DNA from: Gekko japonicus
Taxonomy: Eukaryota
Reading direction: 5' to 3'
DNA length: 64,000 nucleotides
Assembly (NCBI RefSeq): GCF_001447785.1
Contig: NW_015165283.1
Coordinates: 62,001-126,000, forward strand
How positions within the stretch are numbered: position 1 is the first letter of the stretch; each line of letters starts with the position of its first letter. A program made the position numbers and the translations under genes. Under the pieces are notes generated by a model, which had not been told where the DNA came from, ran no database searches, and worked only from the letters and a program-made list of their open reading frames with translations. This document shows, piece by piece, positions 62,396 through 64,000 of the stretch.

Positions 62396-63620
62396 GTATC
62401 TCAGATTGGGGAATTTTGGGGTCTCTCAAGATTGTTTTCTGTATTTAAATCAGCTGGAGGTATTTCTTCTGTAAGCATTATGTGAATGATTCTGCCTCTT
62501 GGTCAGTGGCTGGACGTAATAGTCCTTCCAGACTCTGCATTCTGTTGCAATGGATGGATGTGGGTGTATATGACAAGACTCATTCACATGTTCTATCTCT
62601 TTAATGTGTGAAATCAATCCCTTGCTGCTACATCCCTTGCTACTATAAGAAGGCAGCATTTTAGGTTTTGATAAGGGAAGCAAAAAGATTTGTCATGGGG
62701 GCAAGAGGCATAGCAAGGAACTGTGAATTTTTAGAAGATTAAATTGCAAAAAAAGAGCAGTGTATTAAGAGCTTTTATTGTAGTTAAGCATGCAACACTA
62801 CCTTATGTCATCACACCATTGGTCCAGCTAGCTCACTGTATGAAGCAGGCAAAGATCTTTCCCAGCACCCAAGGTCCTTTAACTATTTTAGAGACTGAAA
62901 CTGAGATCTTCTGTTTGTAAAGTATATGCTCAATCCCTGAGTGATTGCCTCTTCCCGATCTGGAGGTGAACATGTACCTGGGGAACATTTTTATATCTAA
63001 TGTTAACAAGAAATAGTAGTTCCCATCCTCCGGAAATCAAATGTCTGTTTTAATTGGCACCATAAGCCCCAGATTTCCTTAACTGGTGTGCTAGCTTTAT
63101 CCTCTAATAACCATGTCAGGCAGTAGAAGCCAGGGCTCATTCCTTACATTTTCCTTCTCCCAGTGTGGGCAGTAACAGCACTGTCCTACTCTTTTCATAA
63201 TGACCTTTTGCATGCTAAATTTTAGGAAAGTTGAAAATCTATTGATGTCTCTGAATGACTGTGAAGTATCTATACAATGAATTTACTCTCGTTTAAATGT
63301 ATATGTGGTACTTCTACCTGCCTTGCATAAGCCCTTGTGGAATTAATCACAGTCAAGTTTACAGACTATTTCTTATCTGTTCAGTGATTAGCCACTGTTA
63401 CTTCCTACAAACCAGGTGAATATACTAATTCAACCACAAATGAACAGAGCATAAGAACCTGTCACTCAAAAGTGCCTGTCTACAAAGTATTGTACCTTGA
63501 GAGAGCTCCAGTTACAAGGAAAAAAATCCCTTTGTGACTGATAATAGTAATTCTTTCGAGTAATAATGGGAAGGGATAGGACATGAGCAAAATGTGAAAT
63601 ACACAGACTATCCCAATATA

Positions 63621-63967
63621 GTAAAGGTAAAGGTTCCCTTGCTTGAAAGCTAGTCGAATCCGATTCTAGGGTTGTGGTGCTCATCTCCGTTTCAAAGCCA
63701 AAGAGCCAGCGCTGTCCGAAGACGTTTCCGTGGTAATGTGGCCGGCATGACTAAACACCAAGGCGCACGGAACGCTGTTACCTTCCCACCAAAGTGGTAC
63801 CTATTTATCTACTTGCAATTTCTTGCTTTCAAACGGCTAGGTTGGCAGGAGCTGGAACTAGAGACAGGAGCTCACTCCGTCATGCGGCACCCGAGTCTCG
63901 AACTGCTGAACTATTGACCTTCCACAGCCTGCAGTTCAGCGTCTTAACCACTTGAGCCACCACAGCT
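63621..63967 (-). mobile_element. Sauria SINE (young)
   Basis: gtaaaggtaaaggttccc tail; TSD caatata (63614-63620, 63968-63974). Confidence 0.92.
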
Positions 63968-64000
63968 CAATATACTGCAGTATATATCCCAATATATATA

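Noticed and set aside
1-64000. CRISPR array, operons or other prokaryotic systems
   Set aside because: Vertebrate repeat content throughout; no repeat-spacer arrays or gene-dense regions.

Overview
Eukaryotic, repeat-dominated non-coding DNA from a squamate reptile, probably a gecko. This is inferred from Sauria-type and Squam3-type SINEs, BovB, CR1, L2, Penelope and abundant hAT MITEs. It comes from a draft assembly with six N-gaps and several tandem near-duplicates that look like two haplotypes placed side by side. I recognise no intact host gene; a few exon-like segments are reported at low confidence. Most ORF-track entries are TE fragments, N-gap artefacts or chance ORFs. Five items stand out: (1) a 1.8-kb L1-derived insertion with 12-bp TSD, 5' UTR, ORF1 and poly(A) but no ORF2 (HAL1-like; 42265-44046), plus a diverged second ORF1 C-terminus at about 61060; (2) a minimal hammerhead ribozyme with an intact core at 56741-56782, and a decayed one in a Penelope element; (3) a possible chimeric SINE at 11770-12440; (4) a Mag-clade Gypsy element (49665-53408) with an internal deletion and a CR1 inserted in its 5' LTR; (5) multi-level TE nests. 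Family names come from recalled motifs, not database searches.
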